Shown one piece after another: positions 9,835 to 20,447 of a stretch of 64,000 nucleotides of DNA. Made by a program: the position numbers and the translations under genes. The first letter of the stretch is position 1. Each line of letters opens with the position of its first letter. A model generated the notes under the pieces. The model worked only from the letters and a program-made list of their open reading frames with translations. It did not search any database and was not told the origin of the DNA. This stretch comes from an uncultured delta proteobacterium. GTDB taxonomy: Bacteria > Desulfobacterota > RBG-13-43-22. Location: the NCBI GenBank assembly GCA_963743305.1, contig CAVUPH010000039.1, positions 32,001-96,000 on the forward strand, given 5' to 3'.

Positions 9835-10872
9835 ATGACTAATCGTTACCAGGAAGCCGGGGTGGATATCACCCGGGGGAACGCCTTTGTGGACCGGATT
9901 AAGCCCCTGATCCGTACAACCTTCACCCCGGGGGTGATTACCGACATCGGCGGGTTCGGTGGACTGTTTCGATTGGAGACCTCGTCTTTTCAAAGGCCGG
10001 TACTGGTATCTTCAACCGATGGCGTGGGCACCAAACTAAAGATCGCCCAAGGGCTCAATCAGCATCAGACCATAGGCCTTGACCTGGTAGCCATGTGCGT
10101 GAACGATATCATCGTCCAGGGGGCGACCCCTCTTTTTTTCCTGGACTACCTGGCCACGGGAACAATGGATTTGGACACGCTCACGTCCGTTGTCGAGGGC
10201 ATTGTCGAGGGTTGTCGCCAGGCGGAATGCGCCTTGATCGGAGGAGAAACAGCGGAGATGCCCGGACTCTACGCGCCGGAAGAATACGATTTAGCCGGTT
10301 TTGTGGTGGGTATTGTGGACCAGGAACGACTGATCGACGGGAGTCGAATACAGCCTGGGGATCGTCTGATCGGACTGGCCTCCAACGGACTGCACAGCAA
10401 TGGTTTTTCCCTGGTCCGGAAAGTTTTTTTCACGGATCAGCAGTTCGATCCCCAACAGGTCCTGCCGGAATTAGGCATCCCTTTGGGCGAGGAACTGCTG
10501 AAGCCCACCCGAATTTACGTCAAGTCCATCGTCTCGCTGCTAAAAAAATATCCCCTCAACGGTTTGGCCCACATTACCGGGGGCGGAATCATTGAAAATT
10601 TGCCCCGAATCTTGCCCGACCACTGCCAGGCCCGGATTCAGGGCGATAGTTGGGACATCCCTCCCATTTTCCCCCTGCTGAAAAAACTGGGGGCGGTTTC
10701 GGAGGAGGAGATGTGGCGAGTTTTTAATAACGGGCTGGGGATGATCTTAGTCGCTTCGGCGGAACAGACACTTTCGATCCAAGAGGAATTGTTCCGACTG
10801 GGGGAAAAGACCTTCCTGATCGGTGAAATTATCGCCCGCCCCGAATCGGGGCCGGCGGTACTTATTGATTAA
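9835..10872 (+). CDS. purM: phosphoribosylformylglycinamidine cyclo-ligase
   Basis: [36 protein letters not shown]. Confidence 0.97.
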   Translation: MTNRYQEAGVDITRGNAFVDRIKPLIRTTFTPGVITDIGGFGGLFRLETSSFQRPVLVSSTDGVGTKLKIAQGLNQHQTIGLDLVAMCVNDIIVQGATPLFFLDYLATGTMDLDTLTSVVEGIVEGCRQAECALIGGETAEMPGLYAPEEYDLAGFVVGIVDQERLIDGSRIQPGDRLIGLASNGLHSNGFSLVRKVFFTDQQFDPQQVLPELGIPLGEELLKPTRIYVKSIVSLLKKYPLNGLAHITGGGIIENLPRILPDHCQARIQGDSWDIPPIFPLLKKLGAVSEEEMWRVFNNGLGMILVASAEQTLSIQEELFRLGEKTFLIGEIIARPESGPAVLID

Positions 10873-10907
10873 TCCTATTAAAAATTATTAATAAAAGGAG
10901 TTATACA

Positions 10908-11099
10908 ATGGCCAAAGTTTGTGCGGTATGCGGTAAAGGATCACAGATCGGGCATAATGTCAGCCATGCCAATAATAAGACTTTCAAACTCTGGAGTCCG
11001 AACCTGCAACGGATTAAGACCGTCTATCAGGGTACGGTCAGGCGAATCCAGGTCTGTACCCGCTGCCTCCGGTCAGGCAGGGTAATTCGGGCCTCGTAA
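10908..11099 (+). CDS. rpmB: 50S ribosomal protein L28
   Basis: [25 protein letters not shown]. Confidence 0.96.
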   Translation: MAKVCAVCGKGSQIGHNVSHANNKTFKLWSPNLQRIKTVYQGTVRRIQVCTRCLRSGRVIRAS

Positions 11100-11130
11100 C
11101 CCTAGCCAAAAATAATTGCAATATTTCTGG

Positions 11131-13320
11131 CTATACTAATAAACACTGCCACGGATTTAAAGATAGCCCGCCTCGGATCAATGATATAACCCGGGTAACC
11201 TGAAGGACCCCTTTGATCTTTTTGATCCCGGAAAGGACCTTTTGCAGGTGCCGGGCATCGACCACCTCAATGGTAAAATTGTAAAAGGCTTTTTTGTCCA
11301 GCGTGGTATAGGCCTCGGCTTTTAAGATGTTCGATTCCGCGGAAGTTATCGCCGTGCTCACCTGCGCCAGCATCCCCTTGTCGTCGGTTGAAGAAATTTC
11401 CACTTTTACCGGGTAATAGGCCCCCCGGTCTTTTTCCCAAAGTACCTCTACCAACCTTTCAGGATCCTCATGGGTGATCCGCGGGCAGGACCGGCCATGA
11501 ACCGTTATTCCCCGGCCCCGGGTAATAAAGCCGATGATCGGATCCCCGGGGAGGGGTGCGCAGCAACGGCCGAAGCGGATCAGCACGTCATCCACTCCCC
11601 GAATGACTACCCCTCCGGCGGGTTTGGTTTTTTTGGGTTTTTTAGGGAGTTCTAAGGGGATCTGGTCCGGATCCTTTTCAACCTCCGGTCGTGGGGCAAT
11701 CCGGTTGATGATCTGCTTAATGGAAATCTTGCCAAAACCGATGGCCGCCAGCAGGTCCTCCCCTTGTTGAAAAGAAAATTCACGGGCAATTTGCAACAGG
11801 GATTCTTGTTTCATCTGCTGAGAAACGTTCAGGTGCAAACGCCTTAATTCCTTCTCCAGCAAATCTTTCCCGAGAGTGATGCTGCGGGTCCGTTCTTCGT
11901 TCTTGACCCACTGCCGAATCTTGGACCTGGCCCGGGAGGTCTTGGCGACCTTGAGCCAGTCCTTGCTCGGTTTACGTTTGGCCGAGGTGATAATTTCCAC
12001 AATATCGCCGTGCCGCAAGGTGAACCGCAGAGGCACCATCTTGTTGTTGACCCGGGCTCCGGTGCAGCGATGGCCCACATCGGTGTGGATGGCGTAAGCG
12101 AAGTCAATGGGGGTGGCCCCTTTGGGCAGGGTCTTAACCTCACCGCGGGGGGTGAAGACGTAGACTTCGTCAGGGAAAAGATCCACACGCAGGGTTTCTA
12201 AAAATTCCTTGGCATCCGGATATTCTTTTTGGGATTCCAGCAGTTGGCGGACCCAGGAGAATTTTTTCGCGTCGGTTTCATCCAGGCGGCCCTCTTTATA
12301 CTGCCAGTGGGAGGCGATGCCCTCCTCGGCCACTCGGTGCATCTCAGCAGTCCGGATCTGAACCTCGATGCGTTCCCCGTAGGGACCAATGACCTTGGTG
12401 TGAAGGGATTGATAGTGATTGGCCTTGGGCAGGCTGATATAATCCCGGAATTTTCCGGGAATCGGTTTCCACAAAGCGTGGATGAGACCTAAGGCCTCAA
12501 AGCAGGCGGCCACTTCCGGCACGATCACCCGGAAGGCGATCAGGTCATAAAGCTGGTCGATTTCCAGGTTCTGGTTGATCATTTTCTGGTAAATGCTGTA
12601 AAAATGTTTGTGTCGCCCCTCCACCCGACACTCGAGGTGGGCTGCCTCCATTTTATCTTGAAGGATGGTTTTGACCTCCCGGATATAAGACTCTCGCTCC
12701 TCCCGTTTCTTAGCCACCCCCAGTTTGATTTCCTGATATTTTTCAGGCTCCAGATAATATAAACAGAGGTCCTCCAGTTCCGTTTGGATGCGGCGCATCC
12801 CTAAGCGGACGGCAATCGGGGCATAGATTTCCAGGGTTTCTCCAGCGATCTTCCGCTGCTTCTCCTGGCTATGAAAACCCAGGGTGCGCATATTGTGGAG
12901 CCGGTCGGCCAGCTTGACTAGGATTACCCGGATATCGTCCGACATGGCTAAGATCATCTTCCTGAAATTTTCCGCCTGCCGTTCTTCCAGGGTCTGAAAA
13001 TGAAAGCTGCTGATTTTGGTCACTCCGTTGACAATGCGGAGGACCTCCGGTCCGAACTGTTCCTTGATCATCTCGGGGGTCGCCAGGGTGTCCTCCAGGG
13101 TGTCGTGCAATAGTCCGGCAGCGATGGTCACCTGATCCATCTTCATTTGAGTCAATATCCAGGCCACTTCCAACGGATGGGAGAGGTAGGACTCCCCGGA
13201 AAGACGGACCTGCCCCTCGTGGACCTTGGCGGAAAAAACATAGGCTTTTTCAACGAGTTCAATGTTGGCCTGAGGCCAATAAGAAAGGATCTGATCGATG
13301 ATGGTGTTGATGCGGATCAT
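11131..13320 (-). CDS. rel: bifunctional (p)ppGpp synthetase/hydrolase (RelA/SpoT homolog)
   Basis: HD hydrolase (LLHD), YQSLHT, EVQIRT, TGS (DFAYAIHT), CC region and ACT domain. Confidence 0.95.
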   Translation of the reverse strand: MIRINTIIDQILSYWPQANIELVEKAYVFSAKVHEGQVRLSGESYLSHPLEVAWILTQMKMDQVTIAAGLLHDTLEDTLATPEMIKEQFGPEVLRIVNGVTKISSFHFQTLEERQAENFRKMILAMSDDIRVILVKLADRLHNMRTLGFHSQEKQRKIAGETLEIYAPIAVRLGMRRIQTELEDLCLYYLEPEKYQEIKLGVAKKREERESYIREVKTILQDKMEAAHLECRVEGRHKHFYSIYQKMINQNLEIDQLYDLIAFRVIVPEVAACFEALGLIHALWKPIPGKFRDYISLPKANHYQSLHTKVIGPYGERIEVQIRTAEMHRVAEEGIASHWQYKEGRLDETDAKKFSWVRQLLESQKEYPDAKEFLETLRVDLFPDEVYVFTPRGEVKTLPKGATPIDFAYAIHTDVGHRCTGARVNNKMVPLRFTLRHGDIVEIITSAKRKPSKDWLKVAKTSRARSKIRQWVKNEERTRSITLGKDLLEKELRRLHLNVSQQMKQESLLQIAREFSFQQGEDLLAAIGFGKISIKQIINRIAPRPEVEKDPDQIPLELPKKPKKTKPAGGVVIRGVDDVLIRFGRCCAPLPGDPIIGFITRGRGITVHGRSCPRITHEDPERLVEVLWEKDRGAYYPVKVEISSTDDKGMLAQVSTAITSAESNILKAEAYTTLDKKAFYNFTIEVVDARHLQKVLSGIKKIKGVLQVTRVISLIRGGLSLNPWQCLLV

Positions 13321-13489
13321 GGATTATTAGTAGAATGAACATTGAACATCGAACGCTGAACTTCGATTGAAAAACAAACCTCCGTCATGTTTTTCGTTCA
13401 ACTTTTCAGCGACCCTTCCAGCGTCCAAGCAGCGCAAAAATGACTTACCGCCTACGAGGGGAAGGGGATGATGAAAGGTCAAGGTTATT

Positions 13490-13668
13490 TATGTTCTAAA
13501 CCCCCATGCCCGGGGCGGACACCCCGAAGCATGAAAATCCCCCCCGCATCCCCGGCTCTTGCCCCGCTGCAAGCGGGGTCTAAGGGGGGAGTTGAAGTCC
13601 CCCTTTAACAAAGGGGGATTTCCAACGAGCCGAAATAACCCCCAAACCTTTTATTTTCGTATTAACCG
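13490..13668. repeat. composite intergenic repeat (CATG..GAAGCATGAAAAT left part, palindromic interior, TATTTTCGTATTAA right part)
   Basis: Same boundary motifs at about 39015-39232 but with a different interior. Confidence 0.6.
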
Positions 13669-13669
13669 G

Positions 13670-15391
13670 CTAAAGTCGGGGCGACTCCGCGGCGATAATT
13701 TTCTGAATCGCCTCCAGGACCTCTTCCACTTTGACCAGTTCCATCTGTTTCGTCCTTCGGGGCCGCAACTCGACTTGGCCTTGTTTCAACCCCTTGGGGC
13801 CGACGGTGACCCGTAGGGGAATACCGATCAGGTCCCCGTCTTTAAACTTTATTCCCGGCCTTTCGTCCCGATCATCGAGTAACACCTCGATCCCGGCCTT
13901 TTGGAAGGATTCATAAAGGGCCATAATGGTGGCCTGCTCCGCTGACCCCGGTTTCCAATCAATGGGGGTGATCAGGACCTGGAAGGGTGCCAGGGCCAGA
14001 GGCCAGACAATCCCGTCCGAATCATGGTTTTGTTCGATGGCCGCGGCCACGGTCCGGCCCACGCCGATCCCGTAGCAACCCATGATCATCAACTGCTCCC
14101 TTCCCTGTTCGTCGAGATAGGTGGCCTTCAATGCTCGGGAATACTTGTCCCCCAATTTAAAAACGTGCCCCACCTCAATACCCCGGTAAGAATCCAGCGG
14201 AGCCTGGCAGCGGGGACAGGGTTCTCCGGATCTGACTTGACGCAAGTCGGCCCAGGTGACAGGGGGGACATCCACCTCCCAGTTCAGGTCCAGATAGTGC
14301 TGGTCAGCCTCATTGGCCCCCATGATGAAATTTTTCAATCCCTGGAGAGTCTGATCCGCCCAGAGAGGGACGGTAAGCCCCACGGCACCCGCAAACCCCA
14401 CCGGAGCACCCGTTAACTGCTCCACGAGGCGCTCATCCGCCAGGGTGATTTCATCTAAACCCAACGCCCGCAAGACTTTGGTTTCATTCACCTCTTGGTC
14501 CCCCCGCACCAGGACGGCCACCGGACCGGCGGAGGTTTGATAAAGAATGGTCTTCACCAGACGATCTGCCGGGACCGACAGAAATCGGGCCACCTCCTCC
14601 ACCGTTCGCTGCCCCGGGGTGTGCCGCTTCTCCCGGGGACGAACCAGGGCCTGGGGCTCTTCCCGGGGCTGCCAGGCGGAAACGGCCCGTTCCACATTGG
14701 CGGCGTAGCGGCAGGCGCTGCAGGCCATGACGGCATCCTCCCCGGTCTCGGCCAAGACCATGAACTCATGAGAAAAGCTCCCGCCGATGGCCCCGCTGTC
14801 GGCTTCCACCGCCTTGAAGCGCAGACCGCAACGTTCAAAGATCCGCCGGTAAGCCTCGAACATCTTGGCATAGGAAAGTTCTGCGCCGGCCTCGTCCCGG
14901 TCGAAGCTGTACCCGTCCTTCATCCCGAACTCCCGCCCCCGCATCAATCCGAACCGGGGGCGGATTTCATCCCGGAACTTGGTCTGAATCTGATACAGGT
15001 TAACGGGCAGTTGGCGGTAGGAACGGATCTCGTGGCGGATTAAATCGGTGACGACCTCCTCGTGGGTAGGTCCCAGACAATAGGCATGATCGTGACGATC
15101 CTTCAGGCGGAACAGCTCCTTCCCGTACTTTTCCCATCTTCCGCTTTCCTGCCAGAGCTCCGCCGGCTGCAGGGCCGGCAGGATGACTTCCTGGGCACCG
15201 GCCCGCTCCATTTCCTCCCGGATGATGGACTCCATTTTTCTCAGGGAGCGGACTCCCAGGGGAAGATAGCTGTAAATTCCGGAAGAGAGTTTGCGGATCA
15301 AGCCCGCCCGAACCATAAGCTGGTGACTGATGACCTCGGCTTCAGCCGGTTTTTCCTTCAGCGTAGGAATATAAAGTTGGGAAAAAAACAT
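13670..15391 (-). CDS. proS: proline--tRNA ligase
   Basis: LGPTHEE, KFRDEIRPRFGLMRGREF, INS editing domain, MGCYGIG. Confidence 0.97.
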   Translation of the reverse strand: MFFSQLYIPTLKEKPAEAEVISHQLMVRAGLIRKLSSGIYSYLPLGVRSLRKMESIIREEMERAGAQEVILPALQPAELWQESGRWEKYGKELFRLKDRHDHAYCLGPTHEEVVTDLIRHEIRSYRQLPVNLYQIQTKFRDEIRPRFGLMRGREFGMKDGYSFDRDEAGAELSYAKMFEAYRRIFERCGLRFKAVEADSGAIGGSFSHEFMVLAETGEDAVMACSACRYAANVERAVSAWQPREEPQALVRPREKRHTPGQRTVEEVARFLSVPADRLVKTILYQTSAGPVAVLVRGDQEVNETKVLRALGLDEITLADERLVEQLTGAPVGFAGAVGLTVPLWADQTLQGLKNFIMGANEADQHYLDLNWEVDVPPVTWADLRQVRSGEPCPRCQAPLDSYRGIEVGHVFKLGDKYSRALKATYLDEQGREQLMIMGCYGIGVGRTVAAAIEQNHDSDGIVWPLALAPFQVLITPIDWKPGSAEQATIMALYESFQKAGIEVLLDDRDERPGIKFKDGDLIGIPLRVTVGPKGLKQGQVELRPRRTKQMELVKVEEVLEAIQKIIAAESPRL

Positions 15392-15393
15392 GG

Positions 15394-16494
15394 TTATCCT
15401 TTCTCTTGAACCATTTTTTTAATTTCCGTCAGTAGGGTGGCCACCAAATCCGCCTCCTTGACCCTGCGTACCAGCCGGCCCCGGGCAAATAACATTCCCT
15501 GGCCTTTTCCCCCGGCAATGCCGATATCCGCTTCCCGGGCCTCACCCGGTCCGTTGACCACGCAGCCCATAATGGCCACTTTGATCGGGGTGGTGACTTT
15601 CTGAACGGCCTTTTCCACCTGACGCACCAGGGGGATCAGATCGATTCGGCAGCGGCCGCAGGTAGGGCAGGAGATGATCTCCACTCCTCGTTCCCGGAGT
15701 TTAAGGTTCCGCAGAAGCTCAAAGGCCACCCGGATCTCCTCCTTGGGCGGGGCCGTCAAGGAAACCCGCAGGGTGTCACCGATTCCCTGATAAAGGAGCA
15801 GGCCTATTCCCAAGGTGGATTTGATCGTCCCCGAAATCAGAGTCCCGGCCTCGGTGACCCCCAGGTGAAAGGGATAGCGCACCTGGGAGGCCAGCCCCTG
15901 ATAGGCCCGGATAGTCTGCATCACGTCCGAGGCCTTCAGTGATATTTTCAGGTTCGTAAAATGATGCTTTTCAAACAGCTCAATGTGGCGCAAGGCCGAA
16001 TCGACCATGGCCTCGGCCAAGTGCTCCTCTCCCTGGCCCTGCAGATCTTTTTCCAAGGAACCGGCATTGACCCCGATCCGGATGCAGACCCCGCGATCCC
16101 TGGCCTCCTGGATGATCCGGATGACCTTGGCCCGGGACCCGATATTCCCGGGATTAATCCGGATCCCCGCGGCCCCGGCTTTCATGGCTTCCAGGGCCAG
16201 GCGGTGGTCAAAATGAATATCGGCGATCACCGGCAACGGGGATCTTTCCACTATGCCCCCTAGAGCCCGAGCAGCCTCGAAATCCGGCACCGCCACCCGG
16301 ATCAATTCGCAGCCCGATTGGTATAAGTTATTTATTTGCTTTACTGTACTGGCTATAACCCGAGTATCGGTATTCGTCATGGACTGAACCACAACCGGGT
16401 GTCCTCGGCCGATCAGGACCCCTCCTACTGAGACCGTATTGGTTTTCCGCCGCGGTCTGGGGCGGAAGGATTTTGAAAAGCAATATGATTCCAT
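15394..16494 (-). CDS. ispG: (E)-4-hydroxy-3-methylbut-2-enyl-diphosphate synthase
   Basis: VQSMTNT, ADIHF, RINPGN, CPTCGR, MGCVVNGPGE; exact start uncertain. Confidence 0.96.
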   Translation of the reverse strand: MESYCFSKSFRPRPRRKTNTVSVGGVLIGRGHPVVVQSMTNTDTRVIASTVKQINNLYQSGCELIRVAVPDFEAARALGGIVERSPLPVIADIHFDHRLALEAMKAGAAGIRINPGNIGSRAKVIRIIQEARDRGVCIRIGVNAGSLEKDLQGQGEEHLAEAMVDSALRHIELFEKHHFTNLKISLKASDVMQTIRAYQGLASQVRYPFHLGVTEAGTLISGTIKSTLGIGLLLYQGIGDTLRVSLTAPPKEEIRVAFELLRNLKLRERGVEIISCPTCGRCRIDLIPLVRQVEKAVQKVTTPIKVAIMGCVVNGPGEAREADIGIAGGKGQGMLFARGRLVRRVKEADLVATLLTEIKKMVQEKG

Positions 16495-16635
16495 TTTAAA
16501 AAGAATTGACAACCCCGGTCAAATGGGTTAAAAATTTTATCAGGCTGTTATTTTCTTCTATTACTATTTTTATACCATAAATTATCGTTAGACAAGTGGT
16601 TTTGATCCAGTTTCTGGAAACCCCTGCCCTTCCGG

Positions 16636-17574
16636 ATGGAATATTCCCCCGACCATGAATTGAAAGGTCTCATTGAGCTTGTCAGCAATGTGAACGACGC
16701 TTTCACCGCCGCTTTGTTTCTCTACAATCCACAGCGGGATCGGCTTTTACTGAGCGCTTACCATACCTTGAGCCTCCAGGTAAACCCTAAAACCACAATC
16801 CAGCCGGGAGACAGCCTCATCGGGTGGGTGGCCAAAAACGAACAGCCCGTGAATGTGGCCCAGTTCGATCGAGATAACCGGAATCTGAAACTCTATCTGA
16901 GAGATGAGGGCATCAAATCCTTTATGGCCGTCCCGGTGGGGGACGCCGGGGTACTTTGTGTAGACAGCAAACGCAATTATGTCTTTACCGATAAAAATCA
17001 GAAAATTCTGCAGGATTTTGCCAGGGTCATCTACCAGGTTCTGCAAAATCAAATTCTCTGCTGTCAGGAATTGAAGCAGCGCCGGCTATTGGATTTTATT
17101 TACCGGATTAACACCCTATCCCGAGAAAACCATGACCTGCAGGAGTACTACCAGAAGATACTGAGGGCCTGCCGCATTTTTTCCGGCACCGATGCGGCTT
17201 TTTTGGCGTTGCTGCCCCGGAAAGGGGATCGTTATACCATCGTGGCTTCCGAGGGCAAGTTATTCGCCCCCATGAAAAAGAACTCGATCCCCATCGACAT
17301 GGGCCTAACCGGTTGGGTTATCAAAGAAAAGAAACCCCTGGTCCGACGGGAGATGAAACCCAGAAATCACAAGTCCTATGTTTTTTTTCCGGACGATCCC
17401 TGCGGGCAGTTTTGTTCCTATATCGGGTTGCCTCTATATTTTTTTCAGAAATTGTACGGGGTGATGAATTTGGTGGGCTACCAGGAGAACCACTGGGAGG
17501 ACGAGGAGATCCAGGCCCTCCTGCTGACCGGCCAAACCATTATCACTTCCATTCTCTACCGGATGAACGATTAA
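16636..17574 (+). CDS. tandem GAF domain protein
   Basis: Two G.IGWV/GLTGWV GAF-like segments with SFMAVP and SYIGLP; no output domain seen. Confidence 0.8.
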   Translation: MEYSPDHELKGLIELVSNVNDAFTAALFLYNPQRDRLLLSAYHTLSLQVNPKTTIQPGDSLIGWVAKNEQPVNVAQFDRDNRNLKLYLRDEGIKSFMAVPVGDAGVLCVDSKRNYVFTDKNQKILQDFARVIYQVLQNQILCCQELKQRRLLDFIYRINTLSRENHDLQEYYQKILRACRIFSGTDAAFLALLPRKGDRYTIVASEGKLFAPMKKNSIPIDMGLTGWVIKEKKPLVRREMKPRNHKSYVFFPDDPCGQFCSYIGLPLYFFQKLYGVMNLVGYQENHWEDEEIQALLLTGQTIITSILYRMND

Positions 17575-17750
17575 TAGAGGGCGGACTCGATAGATGTCCG
17601 TCAACAGACCGAGGGCGATTAAGCCCCGGTCTGGGGTAGGGGTGGAACCATTTGAATTCACTTCAAATGGCGGGGGAGGGAAAGCCCTCCCCCGCCGAGC
17701 AGAAAATCGCTTTTTGACTTTTTGCGAGGTTAATAAGGACTATCGGGTAT

Positions 17751-18773
17751 ATGCTGCGCCGCTTATTGGGATTATTTTCAGAAGACCTGGCCATGGACCT
17801 GGGCACGGCCAATACTCTGATCTATAAAAAGAAGCAGGGGATCGTCCTCAATGAACCTTCCGTGGTGGCGATAAACAATGAAACCGGACAGGTGCTGGCA
17901 GTGGGCAAAGAGGCTAAAGAGTATCTGGGCCGAACCCCGGCCCGAATCTCGGCCATTCGCCCCATGAAGGACGGGGTGATCGCTGATTTCGACGTGACTC
18001 GGGAGATGATCAAATACTTTTTATTCAAAGTCCGGGAACGGTCCCGTTTTTTTAGACCGAATTTAGTGATTGGGGTGCCTTCGGGGATCACCATGGTGGA
18101 AAAGCGGGCCGTAGTGGAATCCGCCCTGGAAGCCGGAGCCCGGGACATCTTCCTGATCGAAGAACCCATGGCAGCGGCCATCGGGGCGGGCCTGGAAATT
18201 CAGAAACCTCAAGGAAACATGGTCGTGGATATCGGCGGCGGCACCACCGAAGTGGCGGTTATTTCCCTTTTCGCCACCGCGTATTGCGAATCGATCCGCG
18301 TGGCCGGGGACGAACTGAACGAGGCGCTCATCTACCATCTGCAAAAGAAACACCATCTGCTGATCGGAGAGAATACCGCCGAGCAGATCAAGATAAACTA
18401 TGCCTCGGCCTATCCGCTGGACGAACCTATTCGGTTTTCCGTTTCGGGAAAGGAAGTTTTTTCCGGCATTCCCAAAACGATTGAATTAACCGACCGGGAC
18501 CTTCGGGAAGGCATGGCCGAACCCATTTGGGCTATCGTCGATGCCGTCAAAAGGGCCTTGGAAAAAACTCCGCCCGAATTGTCGGGGGATATCAGTCAAA
18601 AAGGCATCACCCTGGCCGGGGGCGGGGCCTTATTGAAAGGCTTAGACCGCTTGATCCATAGGGAAACGGGCCTGGAGGTGCATATTGCCGATGATCCCTT
18701 AACCTCGGTCGTACTGGGGGCCGGCAAGGCCTTAATTGACACCGACTACTATCTTAAGGTTTTTATTAATTAA
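17751..18773 (+). CDS. mreB: MreB-family actin-like protein (stand-alone paralog)
   Basis: DLGTANT, IEEPMAAAIGAG, DIGGGTT, LAGGGALL. Confidence 0.93.
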   Translation: MLRRLLGLFSEDLAMDLGTANTLIYKKKQGIVLNEPSVVAINNETGQVLAVGKEAKEYLGRTPARISAIRPMKDGVIADFDVTREMIKYFLFKVRERSRFFRPNLVIGVPSGITMVEKRAVVESALEAGARDIFLIEEPMAAAIGAGLEIQKPQGNMVVDIGGGTTEVAVISLFATAYCESIRVAGDELNEALIYHLQKKHHLLIGENTAEQIKINYASAYPLDEPIRFSVSGKEVFSGIPKTIELTDRDLREGMAEPIWAIVDAVKRALEKTPPELSGDISQKGITLAGGGALLKGLDRLIHRETGLEVHIADDPLTSVVLGAGKALIDTDYYLKVFIN

Positions 18774-18844
18774 CCCCACATGAGCGGAGCGGGCGCCCCG
18801 AAGCATGAAAAGGCTATTTACCTATTGACTAAAGAGGTCTGGAC

Positions 18845-19636
18845 TTGAATCTGAAAAAAGAATTTAATTTGGCCCTGAAAGCCGTCCTGGGGGCCGGCCG
18901 GATACTGCATAGCGGTTTTCAGACTCCTAAAGGGTATCGGCTCAAAGGTGCGATCGATTTGGTGACCGAATGGGATCTAAAGTCACAGCAATGGATTACC
19001 TCCCGGATAAGAGCTCAATTCCCCGACCATGATTTCCTGGTCGAGGAGGGCGGACTCGAACGCCGGACCTCCCCTTTTTGCTGGATTCTGGATCCGTTGG
19101 ATGGAACGACCAATTTCGTGCACGGCTTCCCGGTTTACTGCGTATCCCTGGCCCTGCTTAACGGGCGGGAAATCGTGCTGGGCATCGTCCACAACCCGGA
19201 GCTTGAAGAAACCTATTGGGCCATCAAAGGACAAGGGGCATTTTTTAACGGTCGGCCGATCCGGGTTTCCACCGTGCCCCGGATTTCCCAAGCGCTGCTG
19301 GCTACCGGTTTCCCTTATAATATTAAGAAAACCCACCGCCGGGTGGTTCGACGTTTTGAAAAGATCATTACTCGTTCCCAAGGAGTCCGACGCCCCGGGT
19401 CGGCCGCTCTGGATCTCTGTTGGGTGGCCCGCGGGGTGTACGATGGATTCTGGGAGGAATATTTAAAACCCTGGGACACGGCGGCCGGGATCCTTATGGT
19501 AGAAGAAGCCGGCGGCCGGGTTACTGATTTTACCGGCCGTTCCGGCCCGGCCTTCAAAAAGCAAATTTTGGCCACCAACGGGCTGCTCCACCAGGAGTTG
19601 CTCGAGTTACTGAATATTGAAGGAGAAGTCGAATGA
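18845..19636 (+). CDS. suhB: inositol monophosphatase family protein
   Basis: WILDPLDGTTNF, GSAALDL, WDTAAG. Confidence 0.92.
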   Translation: MNLKKEFNLALKAVLGAGRILHSGFQTPKGYRLKGAIDLVTEWDLKSQQWITSRIRAQFPDHDFLVEEGGLERRTSPFCWILDPLDGTTNFVHGFPVYCVSLALLNGREIVLGIVHNPELEETYWAIKGQGAFFNGRPIRVSTVPRISQALLATGFPYNIKKTHRRVVRRFEKIITRSQGVRRPGSAALDLCWVARGVYDGFWEEYLKPWDTAAGILMVEEAGGRVTDFTGRSGPAFKKQILATNGLLHQELLELLNIEGEVE

Positions 19637-19842
19637 TTTTTAAAATATCCGCCGAACAACTACGGGGACGCTTCGATTGTTTCAGCCAGTTCAAACGGAA
19701 TGATCTCGTTTGTCTCAGTCATTGCGCCTTAAATATTCGCTGTGCCCTGGCAAAAAGAGAGTGGTTCGATCAGGAAGCCAATGAGGACTGGATCTACCCG
19801 CCGTTGCCCTTGGATGGGAACTTTGATCTGGGGCAGGGTTGA
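19633..19842 (+). CDS. small Cys-rich hypothetical protein
   Basis: ATG overlaps the suhB stop (ATGA); four Cys (DCF..C...C...C). Confidence 0.5.
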   Translation: MIFKISAEQLRGRFDCFSQFKRNDLVCLSHCALNIRCALAKREWFDQEANEDWIYPPLPLDGNFDLGQG

Positions 19843-19868
19843 GGGTATTATTGTTTGACGGCCGGCAC

Positions 19869-20165
19869 CTAAAGCTGGGTGGCCAATTGCCGCAAACTGT
19901 CCACCACAAAATGCTGAAGGAAAATAATTACTAAGATCATCACCAGCGGAGAAAAATCAAATCCCCCCAGGGCTACCGGCAGGCGTCGTCGGATGGGGCG
20001 CAGAACCGGTTCGGTTACGGCATAGAGAAACCGGACGATGGGGCTGTAGGGATCAGGACGGACCCAGGAGAGGATCGCCTGGGCAATAATAATCCAGGTG
20101 TAGGCCGTCAGCAGGTAATCGATGATGATGGCCACGGCATTGATGAAATTTCCCAAAACAAACAT
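19869..20165 (-). CDS. yggT: YggT family membrane protein
   Basis: ILSWV.PDP, TEPVL.PIRR, DFSP. Confidence 0.92.
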   Translation of the reverse strand: MFVLGNFINAVAIIIDYLLTAYTWIIIAQAILSWVRPDPYSPIVRFLYAVTEPVLRPIRRRLPVALGGFDFSPLVMILVIIFLQHFVVDSLRQLATQL

Positions 20166-20370
20166 AATTTCCTACCCGACTCCAAAATTCTAGCATTATT
20201 ATAGACTAATTCAAAAGTATCTGAGAGATCCTTTTCCCGCTCGGGAAAAGAACTTTCACCTCAATTCTGCCATACCATACCCCCTCATAAGTTTCAAGCG
20301 GTTTATTATCCCCCGGCAGGTCAAATTCCTTTGAATTTTTTGTATTTTTACGGTAAAAAGAATACACGGT

Positions 20371-20447
20371 GCGCCCGTAGCTCAGTTGGATAGAGCGTCG
20401 GACTTCGAATCCGCAGGCCGCCCGTTCGAGTCGGGCCGGGCGCACCA
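20371..20447 (+). tRNA. tRNA-Arg(TCG)
   Basis: GCGCCCG acceptor stem, TAGCTCAGTTGGATAGAGC D arm, anticodon loop CTTCGAA, GTTCGAGTC, CCA end. Confidence 0.96.

Noticed and set aside
13335-13365. Short degenerate 7-9 nt tandem repeats (also about 33100-33165, 35473-35492, 54008-54040)
   Set aside because: Only a few imperfect units each and no associated gene; not enough to assign a function
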